DNA of 64,000 nucleotides from Callorhinchus milii (Eukaryota): the NCBI RefSeq assembly GCF_018977255.1, contig NW_024704743.1, positions 27,964,001 to 28,028,000 on the forward strand. The letters run 5' to 3'. This document shows, piece by piece, positions 50,720 through 63,334 of this stretch (positions are counted from its first letter, which is position 1; each line of letters starts with the position of its first letter). The position numbers were made by a program, and so were the translations under genes. Under the pieces are notes generated by a model. That model was not told the DNA's origin and ran no database searches. It saw only the letters and a list, made by a program, of their open reading frames with translations.

Positions 50720-52617
50720 GTAATGTATAAAGCTTGTGCATCAACCTGAACGTAATGACTTGTTTTTAAAAATCTGCTGGCGAGGGAGATTCTTGCGTTT
50801 TGTGTGCCATGTGAATTATTGAGTGTAGTCCTTATGAAAGGAAACTTGATGCAGGGTTGGGGGTCTATATTAAGGTTTACATTAGCAAAAAGCCCAGGAA
50901 TTAAACAGCACCCCATTGACACAAGGCCCTTACCTCGAGAGAAGGAAATTTCCGGGTCATAAAAGCATGAGGTTGCAGAAATCAGAGACTCTCCAAAATT
51001 TAAAAGGTCACCTTTCAGATTTTTTTTCAAAAAGGAAAACCTGGGAAGAAAATACCTGAGAGGTTATTGAACGGCTTTGCCGCATGGCGCGTGCCGGAAA
51101 ATAAATTGGAACATTGTGTGGAAATACTGGAACCAGCACGCTGGTTTAAGATCTATCATGGCTTCCCTGGGGTTTGGTAAGACCAGGGTGGACACATCTA
51201 AGGGGAGTCATGTTATTTCAGAACTAGGTATTACTCTTTCCAGGGCTTTGGTAATGTAAGAATTTACATTTTATTTCATGGCAAAGTGTCACAAAAGGCT
51301 TCACGGGTAATTGCCACCAAGTGAAGTGGAGGTTTTTTTGAAGGCAAATGTAACACCTATTTTCCCCAGCAAATCCCACCAAGAAACACAAGGTGAATGA
51401 TCAATTAATCAATTAATCTGGAATAATATTGAAGAAGACAATGGTAGAATCACCCTTCTCTCTTCAAATCCGGTCATGTCACCTTTAATATCCGTCTGAA
51501 CTGATAGGAAGCCAGTTAAATAATAATAATATTCCTTGCATTTGATATAGCTCCTTATCGAGATGTTTCAAAGTGCTTCACAGAATATCCTGTGAAGTGA
51601 ATTGGCTGTATATTTTGTGGGCGAAACGCAGCAGCCAATTGCACACAGCAGTGTCCCACACACAGTCATGGATTGAAAATGACCAATTTATTGTTTAACA
51701 TCTCATCTGAAGGATGGCACATCCAACATTGCAACATGCCTCCAGTGCTTCACTGGAGTCTGTGACTCCATCAGTGCCCTTTCTTGTAAAGTTAGCCACA
51801 TTTCAGAGACACAGTGTGGAAGATGAAGAGATCGAACACCTCAGCATCACAGAACAAAACGACGCACAGAATCCACACACATGCACTTTTCAACAGGATT
51901 CACCAGTCATCAACAGCGGAAATCCCAGTTAGTTTTTTTTCTTTCACTAGCGCGGGGACATTCAGCCTAATTGTAAAACCCACCCTTTTTTTCCCCCTTT
52001 GAGATCACCTATAATTCAGCACAGACCAAGAACCTTTGACTTTCCTTCTTAGTATGGCTCAGTTTACATGATGGTCTGATGAGCTATAACAGTGGAGGGG
52101 CAATAAGTGAGCACTTTTAAAATACTTCTGAGGACTCTTAACAAATAAATTAACATCAAAAGTGAGATAGATTGCTAGTGTGATTGAAGGGAACAAATGA
52201 TCAGGGTGAGAAATGAGGAATGATATCATCGCCAGCAACAGCAGCTTGTATTTATTTGGTGCCTTTCACATTGGATGACGTCTCAGAGTAGGGTGCCAAG
52301 ACCAGCAATCTTTATAAATATAATGTTATTAATGTCTGATAAATGAGTATCTAATGGTGAGTGAGTATCTCTCTGGTTCACACTTTCGTTCAGGGATATT
52401 TTTAAAGCTTTGTTGAGTTGCTGTTGGTGGGGTGCAAATGCGCGGTCCCAATCCCCCCCAAACACTGGGTTCTCCACATCAATCTTGGTTACAGTCATAA
52501 GCAGAGGCTGCGAGGCGCAACTTCACAGGACAAAACTAGTTACAGAGTGACATTGGAAGAGGCCCAGTAGTAAGCCAAGTTTGAACATGCAACCGAGACT
52601 CCTCGTGCTACCTACAA

Positions 52618-52966
52618 ATAATAATAATAATCCTTGCATCTTATCACCTGATATAGCACCTAATCATGTCTTCGAGCCGACTCCAAGCATTTCACAGAAT
52701 ATACTTCAAGTGAATTGACTGTATATTTTGTCGGTGAAACGCAGCTGCAAATTGCGCACAGCAGTGTCCCACAAACATTCGTGGATTGAAATGACCAATT
52801 TTTTTTGAAGGAAAAGCGATCTGCCAAACGATAAACAACCGGATTCCTACTTACTGCTAGGTAAACAGAGGAGTGTGGAGTGAGGAAACTTGCCCAACAT
52901 TTCCCACTGCCGGGAATCGAACCCAGGTCTCTTGACCCAGGTGTAACCATTGAGCTACAGGACTCC
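52618..52966 (-). mobile_element. tRNA-Deu SINE, long form
   Basis: Reverse tail, core, central segment and head with intact B box. Confidence 0.9.
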
Positions 52967-53245
52967 ACAAACCCACTAAAATAAGCCCCCTTTGGTTAAA
53001 TAACTTGCTGATACTCGAGAGCATAGTCTCATATGTGAACCAAGGTTACTTTATTGAAGAACTAGCTGGTGGCTGGTACCAGTGAACCTTTGGTACCTGC
53101 ATTAGACAAGCAATATAAACAGAATATCACACATGAACAAAGAATATCACACGGTAATATAAACAGAGGATGTCACATAGTAATAGAAACATAACATTTT
53201 TGTTTTTGTCAGACAAGTCAAATAAGTTTTCCAATTGTTTTACAG

Positions 53246-53499
53246 ATGACACTAAAGCATGAAGACGGAGATGACAATAGTGTAGCTCCGAGTGGGCGCA
53301 AGGAACGGAGAAGGTCAAGCCTTGGCTTGAACGAACGGCGCGGTTTAGAACGGCGGAGAAGCCGGCGGCATTCAGTGCAGAACAAAAGCTCAGTGTCTGC
53401 CCCTGTGAGCCCTTGCAGTCCTCTGTCTGGACATTTGAGCCAAACTGCTTCCAGCTTCCTTTCAGCCAATGGACACAGGAATGAAGATCTCAATGAAAA
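53246..53499 (+). CDS. FHOD3: FHOD3 coding exon (about exon 10), basic Arg/Ser-rich linker
   Basis: Splice sites ttgttttacag| and GAAAA|gtaagt; 254 bp, phase 0 to 2. MTLKHEDGDD...GRKERRRSSLG..ERRGLERRRSRRHSVQ...SAPVSPCSP..NE, resembling the recalled FHOD3 segment LRHEDGD..RRRSRRHSVQS..SAPTSPCS. Confidence 0.93.
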
Positions 53500-54499
53500 G
53501 TAAGTGATTGACCAGAATTACACATCATAAAAAACATGTCCAGTTATTTCTACTGGAAATCGTTTTTCCATCACACCGTTAATTCTTTGCAGAATTGAAT
53601 TTATTGCCTCTCGTAATCCTGTCTTATTGTTTTGTGCATTAGTTGCTGTACAGCAGATTAGTTCAGGAGCTAACAATATTCGAGTTTAAAGAGACATTTG
53701 TTTTAAACAATAAAAGTATGAAAGCTTAAATGCTACTCATTAACTTTATATTGACAAAGCCCAAGAAGCATCCTTGTACGTATACGCACTCCAGCCTAGT
53801 TATGGGGCACTGTCATTTTTAGTTGTAGTCATGCAGTTGTAGATGACAGCTTCTACCACTGCAAACAGTACAGTTAATCTGTACACTAAGTACTATTAAA
53901 ATATCCTGCGAATTTCAAACTGGACATGGTGCACATTTGTGACTGAGGCCTTTGCTTGTGAGGCTCACAAAAGTATTGATAAATAGGGAATCCTGCAAGC
54001 TCCTGGATTTGTCTTCTCGCAGACACTGGTCTCAGTTTCAATTTTGTGAAGCGAGGAGGTTGCGGCCAAATGTGGCAGGTGATCCGAGTTGGAAGTTTGT
54101 AGCTGGAAGGAGCTTCAAAGGATCAGCTGGAGGCATGTCGGGAAAGCTGCAGAATCCAATAAATCTTATTCCAAATCTTGCAAGTTATACCCCATTCTGA
54201 GTGACCAGGACTTTAAACCTGTCAAACAACTTGATGCTAAGATGGGAAGAAGGTAGGGTAGGTATTCTGGAAGGATAAATAAACCCAAAGCCTTTTGGTG
54301 CGGTCATAAACTCACCTGTGAGTTAAATGCTCACCTCTGACACAGCAGTAGAACTAAGTTATTACATTACATTGTGTCTTAGGTAAGAACTCACAACTGC
54401 ATGATGCTGTCATTGCCGTATCTTGTCCTGCACACCACAGTTTGTGTCTCGTTCATTATCGTCCATTCTTGTTTTTGATATCCCGATTGCTGTGCTTAG

Positions 54500-54589
54500 T
54501 AAAGGTGAGCAGCCCGTGATCTGCCCTGCTGATGAATCAAACCAGTCTGACAGCGTGTTTGAGACAGATCAAGGCACAGCACACGATGT
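54500..54589 (+). CDS. FHOD3: Candidate FHOD3 alternative exon (about exon 11)
   Basis: Pyrimidine-rich acceptor ..tgtgcttag| and donor |gtgagt. 90 bp, symmetric phase 2-2, open in the frame left by the previous exon: (N)KGEQPVICPADESNQSDSVFETDQGTAHD. Protein similarity is weak; support comes from splice sites, phase and size. Confidence 0.65.
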
Positions 54590-55358
54590 GTGAGTACAGG
54601 GACGATTGGTGCCGGGATGCATGATGCCAGCTGGCCTCTCTTCTGCTGGTGCTTATGCTTTACCTGCGGAGGGGGCTGAGGGCACCGACATAAAAAGCTT
54701 TTGCTGTTGAGCACTTTAATCGGCCACTGCTTCATCTAGTATTGTAAGCTAACTCCTTTCTTCGTAAAAATGGTAATTTCATATTGCTGTTGCAGGCTTG
54801 TTGTCATTCCAGTACTGTAACAACAAAGTTGCCCCTGTTTTCTTTTGCAAGTCTGTTACATTTGATAGGTTCGGTACATTGGTGTCAGAAATTTATCTGT
54901 GCGAATCCTTGTAATGGGAGTGGAATTTGATATGTATGCCAACGGGAGCGTGGCATCTACGCCACCAACAACCAGACCCACAGGCATTAAAAGTGTATCA
55001 CAAGAGGTGAAGGGCACAATTATTCACCAACTGCAAATAAAATGTCACAGACCTTTGTCCCTTCCTCCACACCTGACAGACCACAAGGAACTCAGCAATA
55101 CTGGCAGGTAAACTGTGCAATAATCCATCACCGCAGGATCAGCCTGGCCTGTGGGATTGTCCGTAAGTTTAAACGCAGTGAGGTCGCCGTAAGTGTGAAA
55201 AGGATTAGATCGAATGAGCCAAGGAACCTTCGTCACCTGAACCCCTTTTGTGATTTCGATAACAGCCTAATTTCGTGCAACTTAATCCTGCAGGCACCGG
55301 ATTCTTTGAAAATAGCATCTAATTTGTGAAAGTTGAAGAAGGATTTGGAAATAGGGAG

Positions 55359-55361
<3 letters not shown>

Positions 55362-55411
<50 letters not shown>
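55362..55411. repeat. (TG)25 microsatellite
   Basis: Perfect dinucleotide run. Confidence 0.98.
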
Positions 55412-55412
<1 letters not shown>

Positions 55413-57368
55413 CCAAACTTCCAGAATTCCATTCAGATGCCAATTTCAGGTGTCGAAGGTGGTTGTTTATTAAATAATTCAGGGCATCAGTAATTCCCTC
55501 TTTTACACTTTGTTAGCACAACCCACAAATTAGATTTTACTGAGACCCCACGGGATATATCGAGGAGTTTGAATTGTCATGTAAGGTATGGTAAAGGTTA
55601 CTGTTCTGTGGGTAAAATCGAGACCAGCGAACAGGATTCTCCTCCGATGCATTGACAATGGGCTACACTAAGGAGAATGAAATGGTTGTGCAAATGTCAA
55701 TGGAAGTTGCTCTCTTGTGCCTTTGTAGACCAAAGCACGAGGAGAGCACTTAGCATCTATTGGTAGAAGCAGACCCTATACTTGTCTTGGGAAATGCTTA
55801 CTGCTGTCATTGAGTACAATGTTCATCTTCTGCTAACAGTTGTCCTACAGATGGTAGAACACATTCAACACACACATACACATGCATACACAAAGGACTA
55901 GAAAATGTAAGCGTGGAGTTTGGATTAGTATGTTCTGTGCTTTCCAATTCTTCCTAACTGCAGATGGCTTCAGTATAAAGTGTCTGCTTCCCATAAATAT
56001 GTATTTAATTAGCGAACTGGCCTGGACAGCCAGCAGTAAAGTGTTTCTGATACATCTGAAAGCTAAACTGCTATGAATTAAACTGTTATGGAGACGGTAT
56101 GATTCAAAGATGGTAAGCGCTTAAAATGGAATAAAAGTTCCTGTTTTAACAGTTGTTTACAGAGCATAAAACATAAATCTTCATGAATCTGAAGGTTTTA
56201 AAGGTTGTTCCTAGATCAAACTAGATGTTTAGATTAGGAAGTTTCTATTCCGTTAAGTACCACTTATCCAAACATCAATTGTCCAAGATCTTTGATTACA
56301 CAAACAACATAATATTGGCTGTTCTCTTTATTCTTAAAAATAACATTCTATGGCATTTACATGGACTGCGTTAGAGACCACTTGTGTGTAGGACCACCGA
56401 GGCTGAGGTGAAGTCTTCAGTGATTTCGACTGTCAGTTTCCATGAACTGTACAATTCTTATTTGCAGTTCTGAAAAGATTGCAGATTTTTCTCTGTTTTC
56501 TTACTAGAATTTAGAACCTTAGAAATTTCTAGTGCAGAAGGCCATCCAGCCCATCATGTCCACACTGGCTCTTTTAAGAGCAATCCTTCAATCCCATTTA
56601 CTTGCCCCCAATCCCCTGCTGTTTACTCCTTTTTAACTGTCTATCTAGTTCCCTTTTGAAAACAAATTTGATTCATCATTTTTAACATAAGTGTCAAAGG
56701 ACAGTCACCGTGGCATGTAACACAAGTATGGATAGTCCGTTCTACTGTAAATGGAAGCGCTTGGGATATTGATTGTTTGATTATTCAGTCTCGGGTATTT
56801 TCAGACCAGAATTCTTTGTCCTGATAAATCTGTCAAATTGCTGCTCTGGTGCAGGTGTGGTGGTGGTGGGGGAAGAGGGTGGAGAGAGCGTAGGTAACAT
56901 TTTATTTGTTCTAAGCATTATTAATGGGTTTGTCTCAGTCAGTGCCTCACTTTCTCCTTTTATGTAGTGGGAAAAATATTTTAGATCTATTTATTGAGCA
57001 CATATCCCTCTTCGTGATTGAGGCCAATACTTAGCCCACATTCGTTGGCATTTTGTAACTACAATAAAGACATTGGGGTGTGGTGGGTGTGTCTCTGCTT
57101 CTTAGCCTCTTGTTTGAAACAATTGTTCTCCATAGTTAGGGTCACCTTTTGGTGACTGAGATCGGGAGGTGGTATGTGTTAAAGTGGATGAGAGCCTGTG
57201 TCGTACCTAACTGGTCTAACAGGCACGGTGGAGCACACAGTCATTGGCGTAAATGTCCTTGAAGCACCGAGTCCCCTTTCTCAGTCATGGAGAAGCCTTA
57301 GTGGATTTCGAGCACTTCCACCGAAGACGAGAATATCAGAGGCAGAACCGCTGAGCAGTCTGCTCTCC

Positions 57369-57386
57369 TGCACCACCTGGTGGTCA
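57369..57386 (-). promoter_or_regulatory. Candidate CTCF-binding site
   Basis: Reverse complement TGACCACCAGGTGGTGCA versus core consensus CCACCAGRKGGCR; lies in a relatively CpG-rich non-repeat patch. Confidence 0.45.
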
Positions 57387-58309
57387 GAGGCTGGAACAGC
57401 GCAACAGGAGGTTTTGCACGAGGAGGGCAACGAGGAAATTAATCTTAAAAAGGAAAGCTTTGCAATCTCTATTAAAGTATTATAGTGAAAAATCTGTCAA
57501 CAAACAAATTGCCACGGACCGCAACACAATCATATCAACACACAGAGCAAGAATTTGCTCCTCAGACACAGGGACGTAGCTCTTTATTATTGCATGGACA
57601 GCACAGACTTTGGAAGTTTATTTGTCTAGAGCCAAGATATTGTGTCAGAGTTTTACTATGTTTTCAATACATATCTGAAGATACGATCCTACATTAGTCT
57701 CACCCTCAGGTATGTGTGGGAAAACTAACTCCCCAATAGTTCATTTCAACAATGAGGAGGGTGATATTTTAATCTTTGTTAAATTTACAATGAGCTTATA
57801 ATGGAATTTCAGTGTTGGATCTTTCTCAGTCATTTCAAGGAAATGTTATTTTCAGTGTTTCTAAGGTTCCAGTCTTGCAATGTGATGTTTCTATTTTTCT
57901 TTTTCTCCACCTATGTTTCTCCCTCAATTTGCTCCCACCTTTTCCTCTTCTGAAACCATCTTAATCCTCATGTTTTCTTCTGGGGTATGATTCTATAGGT
58001 TTGCGTTCCCCTTCAGTACCTGAATTGAGTGGTCATCATTCATGTGTGAGCTTTGACAGTGAGTGTTGGCATGATATTTGACCACAGTTATCTTCATTGT
58101 GCAATCTGATTCTGTCCTCACTCTATGTTCAAACGCATGGATCTCAGATACCCTAGTTATGCTTTCCCTCTTCACCCGAGGTCCTCTGCAGGCAATTGTG
58201 ATGCCCAAGTCCAGGCTGAGATTCACAAATTCAGCACAGACCAAGCAGCAGGACTGTATGGCCCAAGCAATGCATATTCAATATGCTTCCCCTTGGTATT
58301 ATCTGCACA

Positions 58310-59120
58310 CATATATGCTGATGCCACACAGGAATGCTGCTGTTTTGCCTGATTGCCTGTCAGACATCAAGTCCTGGTACAGAAGCTATCTTGTTTGGTT
58401 CTCACTAGCACCTTCACATTTCTGACTCCCTTAGAATTAATCAGCCAATGTTTTATCTTGTCACTCTTTAGTTGACCCTCAACTGTCCTTTAAACCCCAC
58501 ATTGTCTATTGCTAAAACAATCTTTTTCCATCTTCAGAACAGAGTCCCATTTACGCCCTTACTTCACCCTCACTCTCTACTGCTGAAATCTTCAATTTTG
58601 ACAATAGACTTTTCTAACACTTTCCTTTCCCTTAGCTCGAGGCCCGAAATTCTCCAGCTTATTAAAAGTTGTGTAGCTGCATTTTCTCTTCCGCATGTGG
58701 TTTCGCACATCCCTTACTCCCTTCCCTGCTAAAGTCCAGTGGCTACCATACACAGCCAATTCAACTTAAGATCATTTTCTTTCAGATTCCTACACGTTGC
58801 CACCCTTTGTATATGCAATCTCTCCAGACCTATTCTCTTGCCTGTAACCCAGCATTTTAAGATTCTGATCTTTTTCTTCCTTCTCACCCCGATTTACTAT
58901 CAGTAGCTGGACTTTAAACCAGAATGCCCTTTTCCTCTGGAACTTTTTCCAAAATCTTTTCACCTTGTTCTTTTCTCTTCCTGCCTTCAAACCCCTCTTA
59001 AAACATCTGACTTTGACTGTGAAATTTAGTAAAGTTCATTAAATCTCCCCTTTCCCTGCTGTTCTCTATTGTATCTGTTAAATACTGAGACAATCTCCAA
59101 TGTGAAAAATGCTATACAAG
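58310..59120 (+). mobile_element. Old decayed L2 fragment
   Basis: DCLSDIKSW, SIAKTIFFHLQN and IDFSN-like motifs, then gccttcaaacccctcttaaaac and the tail tgtgaaaaatgctatacaa. Confidence 0.6.
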
Positions 59121-59593
59121 TTTCTGTAGGCCATAGGGGAGCTCATACGATATTTCTTTACTGAACCATAGTCCCTGTTGTTCCATTGATACCAGTGACT
59201 CTAGAGGAGGAGGTTGGGATCCACATCATGGCTAAATTTGTTGTTGCTGAGAATATGTAGCAGTTTGAATAATTTTCTCTCTAGCACACTGTTTATTGGC
59301 ACTGCAACTTTTTTTTAAAAATCCATAGGAAGAAATCTTTTGTAACCTTTACTTTGTCTTCACATCCCATTGTTATTTTCCGTGCTTCATTTATGAAAAA
59401 TTGTTTTAATTTTCTTTGGCAAAATGCTGCATTGTTGCAATATCTTTTATAAAATTAGATAATCGTGTCCAGTTTGGGAAAACAAATACAATGAGACAAA
59501 GAGATTTAAACAGCTTCAGAAAAGGCAAAAGTGGCCAATTCCCACAGCCCTTAGTTTAACAGAACACATAAATATATTAAGGGCACTGCCAGC

Positions 59594-59916
59594 GGTCCTG
59601 TAGCTCAGTGGTTAGAGCACTCGCTTTGCAAGCGAGAGACCTGAGTTCAATTCCAGGCAGAGGGCGAAACCTTGGGCAAGTTTCCTTACTCCACACAGAG
59701 CCTAATAATAACCCTCCAAAACCAAAAACAATAATAAATTGGTCATTTTCAATCTACGACTGTTTGTGGGACATTGCTGTGCGCAATTGGCTGCCGCGTT
59801 CGCCCACAAATATACAGTCAATTCACTTTACAGTGTGTTCTGTGAAGCGCTTTGGGACGTCCTCCCGACGTGAAAAGCGCTATATCAAATGCAAGGATTA
59901 TTATTATTATTATTAT
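59594..59916 (+). mobile_element. tRNA-Deu SINE, short form, young copy
   Basis: Intact A box, anticodon arm CTCGC-TTTGCAA-GCGAG and long (ATT)n tail; near-identical to 37175-37490. Confidence 0.95.
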
Positions 59917-61197
59917 CTTCTCACACTATGGGATTTAATGCTGAATTTTTAGTGCATCTTTAAGGATGAATTATTTATACTTTGACAGCAATTTGTGAGA
60001 AGCCTGCAGTATGAACTAAAATTCAGCAAGCACGTATTCCACTAGAGCCTCAGTATTGACACCTCCTAGGTGAGTTGGTTCCAGGAGCACTCCCCTGCAG
60101 TATAAACGTGGCTTGATACATCACGTTTCCTCAAATCGATAATATAATAATAATCCTTACCTTTGACATAGCACCTTTAACGTCGGGAGGGCATCTCCAA
60201 GCATTTAACAGGATATGCTGTAGAGTGTAGTGACTGTATATGTAAGGAAGTGTGGCAGATAATTTGCGCACAGCCATGAAGTGCTTTATAATTTCAATCC
60301 TGTGCCTCCATAATTAAGTAAGCAGGGTGCATCACTCCAGGGAAAGAGTACAGATTCCAGACACAGGGAAATTTCTATGCCTAGGTCGTGTATATATATA
60401 TATATATACACATATATATGGAACTCTCAGTCTGATTTGGATACTCTTAAGCATGGCGATGCATCTATCAGATACCCAGCTTACCAAAGCAAAATATTCT
60501 TCCCCCCAAATAAAATTGGCCATTTACTTCATGTGCGCAGGACATTGCTGTACCCAAATTTACAGGCAATTTTGCCTACAAATACAAACCACTGGACTTT
60601 ATAGTAAATCCTGTCAAGTTCTTTGAGATGACCTGATGTGAAAGGTGTTATATCTCATACAACGATTATTTATTTTAATTGTGCTCTCACAGACCGTCAA
60701 ATGGTCCTGCTTACATCATTTAAGCTGTTCTTCAGTTTAAAGACCTGCATGAAGTGAAAATAATCTTGCACATCATTCATAAAGTGTATTATAGATATAT
60801 TATCAACTGCAAACATACCCTTTAAAACAATTAGCCTTCGTCAAAATGTTCCACATTCCACACTTTTCAGTGCCCCCGTTCAACACAAACCATGGGCGTA
60901 GATCACGTTTGCTGATAGCAAGTCACCCGTTTTGTTGAGCAACATACATTTGTAACAAGTTAGTCACTTGTTAAAAGGTTTGTAAAGCGGACTATTTATC
61001 ATGTCCTACTGCTTTATGAGCACAACTCTTTAACATGACTCGTATAGGGGCATTTCAGTGGTAAATATGACTTTTACACAATTTGATTTGTTTTGGGATC
61101 TCAGTAGTGCGTGAAGCAAAAGGTTCAGAATGGCTGTGAATTGTTAGCATTTGTTTTTAACCAGCAGTCAACTCAACTATGTTGAGCATCTTTATAG

Positions 61198-61612
61198 GGA
61201 GTCCTGTAGCTTAGTGGTTATAGCACTCGCCTCGCAAGCGAGAGGACCTGGGTTTGATTGCCGGCAGGGCGAATCGTTGGGCAAGTTTTTTTACTCCATA
61301 CGCCTCTGTTTACCTAGCAGTAAGTAGGAACCCAGTTGTTAATCGATTGTCAGCTCGCTTTTCTGAAGTTAATAATTCCTTCAAAATAAAAAAAATAATT
61401 TGGTCAAATACATCAGAGTGTGTAACCTTAAATAATAACAGTAAATTGGGCACTCAATCCACAACTGTTTATGGGACACTGCTGTGCGCAATTGGCTGCT
61501 GCGTTTCGCCCACAAAATATACAGTCAATTCACTTTACGGTATATTGTGTGAAGCACTTTGAGACATCTAGAAGAGGTGATAAGGAGCTTTATCAAATGT
61601 AATTATTATTAT
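61198..61612 (+). mobile_element. tRNA-Deu SINE, long form with ~45-bp internal insertion
   Basis: Head, central segment and tail present; extra sequence at about 61406-61450. Another 3' half lies at about 62130-62305. Confidence 0.9.
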
Positions 61613-63334
61613 CTCCTGTGCCCTGTATGTCAGGAGAGTGATGGAATGGACAGGTGAAGGGGATGAAAAGGGAGCGGGAGGTAGGGTTGGTATTGTTAAG
61701 TTAGCTGTGAGAACCAAGCATGTGGAAGTACGTCACTATTATTACAATACGTACGTCACTATTATTACAATGCTGCTGAGGAAGGAGCCACGTGCTCTCT
61801 CCCCTGAACTCTTCTAAACGCGGCACACTAAGTTGGGACAACTGACTCACCATCTCCTGGCTGCAGCAGCAATGGAAGGCTTATCGCTCACTCTCTGACT
61901 CTCAGCAGTCTGGAGACACAACCATCCTGGGCTGTCACAGACAAAAGTGGCAGCTCCCGTGGCATTAAAATTCACATGTGGGAAAGGTGAGTGGAACTGC
62001 TGTCTTTACAGGAACAAATAATGTGTCACAAGGTCAGGGTTAGTTCCATAAAGTTACATGAAGTGTTAGATCAATAGGCCATAATCAAATGCAAGGACAA
62101 TTTATTTTAATTCTGCTCTTACTACTAATAATAAATTGATCACTCAATCCACAACTGTTTGTGGGTCACTGCTGTGCGCAATTGGCTGCCGCGTTTCGCC
62201 CACAAAATATATAGTCAATTCACTTTATAGTATATTCTGTGAAGAGCTTTGAAATGTATTAAAGACGTGATCAGGCGCTATATCAAATGCAAGGATTATT
62301 ATTACTATCATGGACTAAGACAGAGCAGAAACCCTAATGTGCTTGAGATCTTAGCTTAAAGGGTATTGAATTGCAATTTACAATTGTGCAGTATTCTGCA
62401 AAATTCAGTCTTAATTTAGACACATTTTACTGCAGTTGTTAAAAAGAAATGCGGAAAGCTAAGAATTTTTCCAAAATTGTGCACTATCTTACATTTTAAG
62501 ATAATAGTCTTCAAGCTAAAACCAGCAGAAATTCCAGACCTCTGTTCTCTCAAGTGTGGAGGACAAATGAGAGAAAGGGAGGGCGAGGGAGACTATCTGG
62601 CGGAGCTATTTTGGTGGTGGTCACTGTGTTTGCTTCTCGTTGCTGTGGAGGTCACTTTAGAACCTACTATCAGTAATCCTGTTGCTCGTCTGGCATGTCC
62701 ATAAAGTTCCTATAAAGCGAGGAAATGGTATTAGACTGATAAAGAGCTGTCTTGAATGACTAAATGACAGGGCAGGATTGATGGGCCGAGTGGCTTCCTC
62801 CTACGATTGACAAGATAGGGATACCAAGACCAGTGAGGTTTAGCTCAACAGTCTGCACCTCCTTGCCACTGAATTTTGTGCTGAACATCTTTCATTGCTC
62901 ACCTCTTTAGATAATAGAGTGACAGCTGCAGTTCTAACATGTGATGCGGCATCTCCATCAATTCAGTGCTGTTTTGGAGTGATGCGATGAGTGCAAATGA
63001 GAGGAGCAGCAAATGAATTTGAATTTGGGGTAAATTTATTATGATACTTCCTGTTCACTGACATGGAAAATGAGCCAAATTGCCTTTTACTACGTCGTAC
63101 ATTTCTATGGTTCCAGGGTACTCAACTTTGAACACACTCTGCAAAGCATTCGATAAACAGATCTCCAAGCTTACCAAGTGCATTATGTTTATTTTTTACT
63201 ATTTGTTCTGGATGTGATTGAACACCTACATGTTCAGTAACTCTCATATGTAGTGGAAACATCCTCCTGACGTGAAAGATGGAATAAAAATGCAATTTGT
63301 TGTTCTTGTAAAATCATAGGTTTCCTGGATTCAA

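Noticed and set aside
57198..57485. 95-aa ORF in a CpG-richer patch
   Set aside because: No recognisable product or splice signals; only the CTCF-like motif was kept.
59594..59670. tRNA-Ala(TGC)-like sequences at the SINE heads
   Set aside because: Each continues directly into the SINE body and tail, and the acceptor stems are imperfect; these are not tRNA genes.
60693..60770. Acceptor-like ctctcacag| followed by PSNGP
   Set aside because: In-frame stop after about 10 codons and no donor.
61728..61771. 21-23-bp tandem duplication gtacgtcactattattacaat
   Set aside because: An ordinary slippage duplication with two units; not an array.
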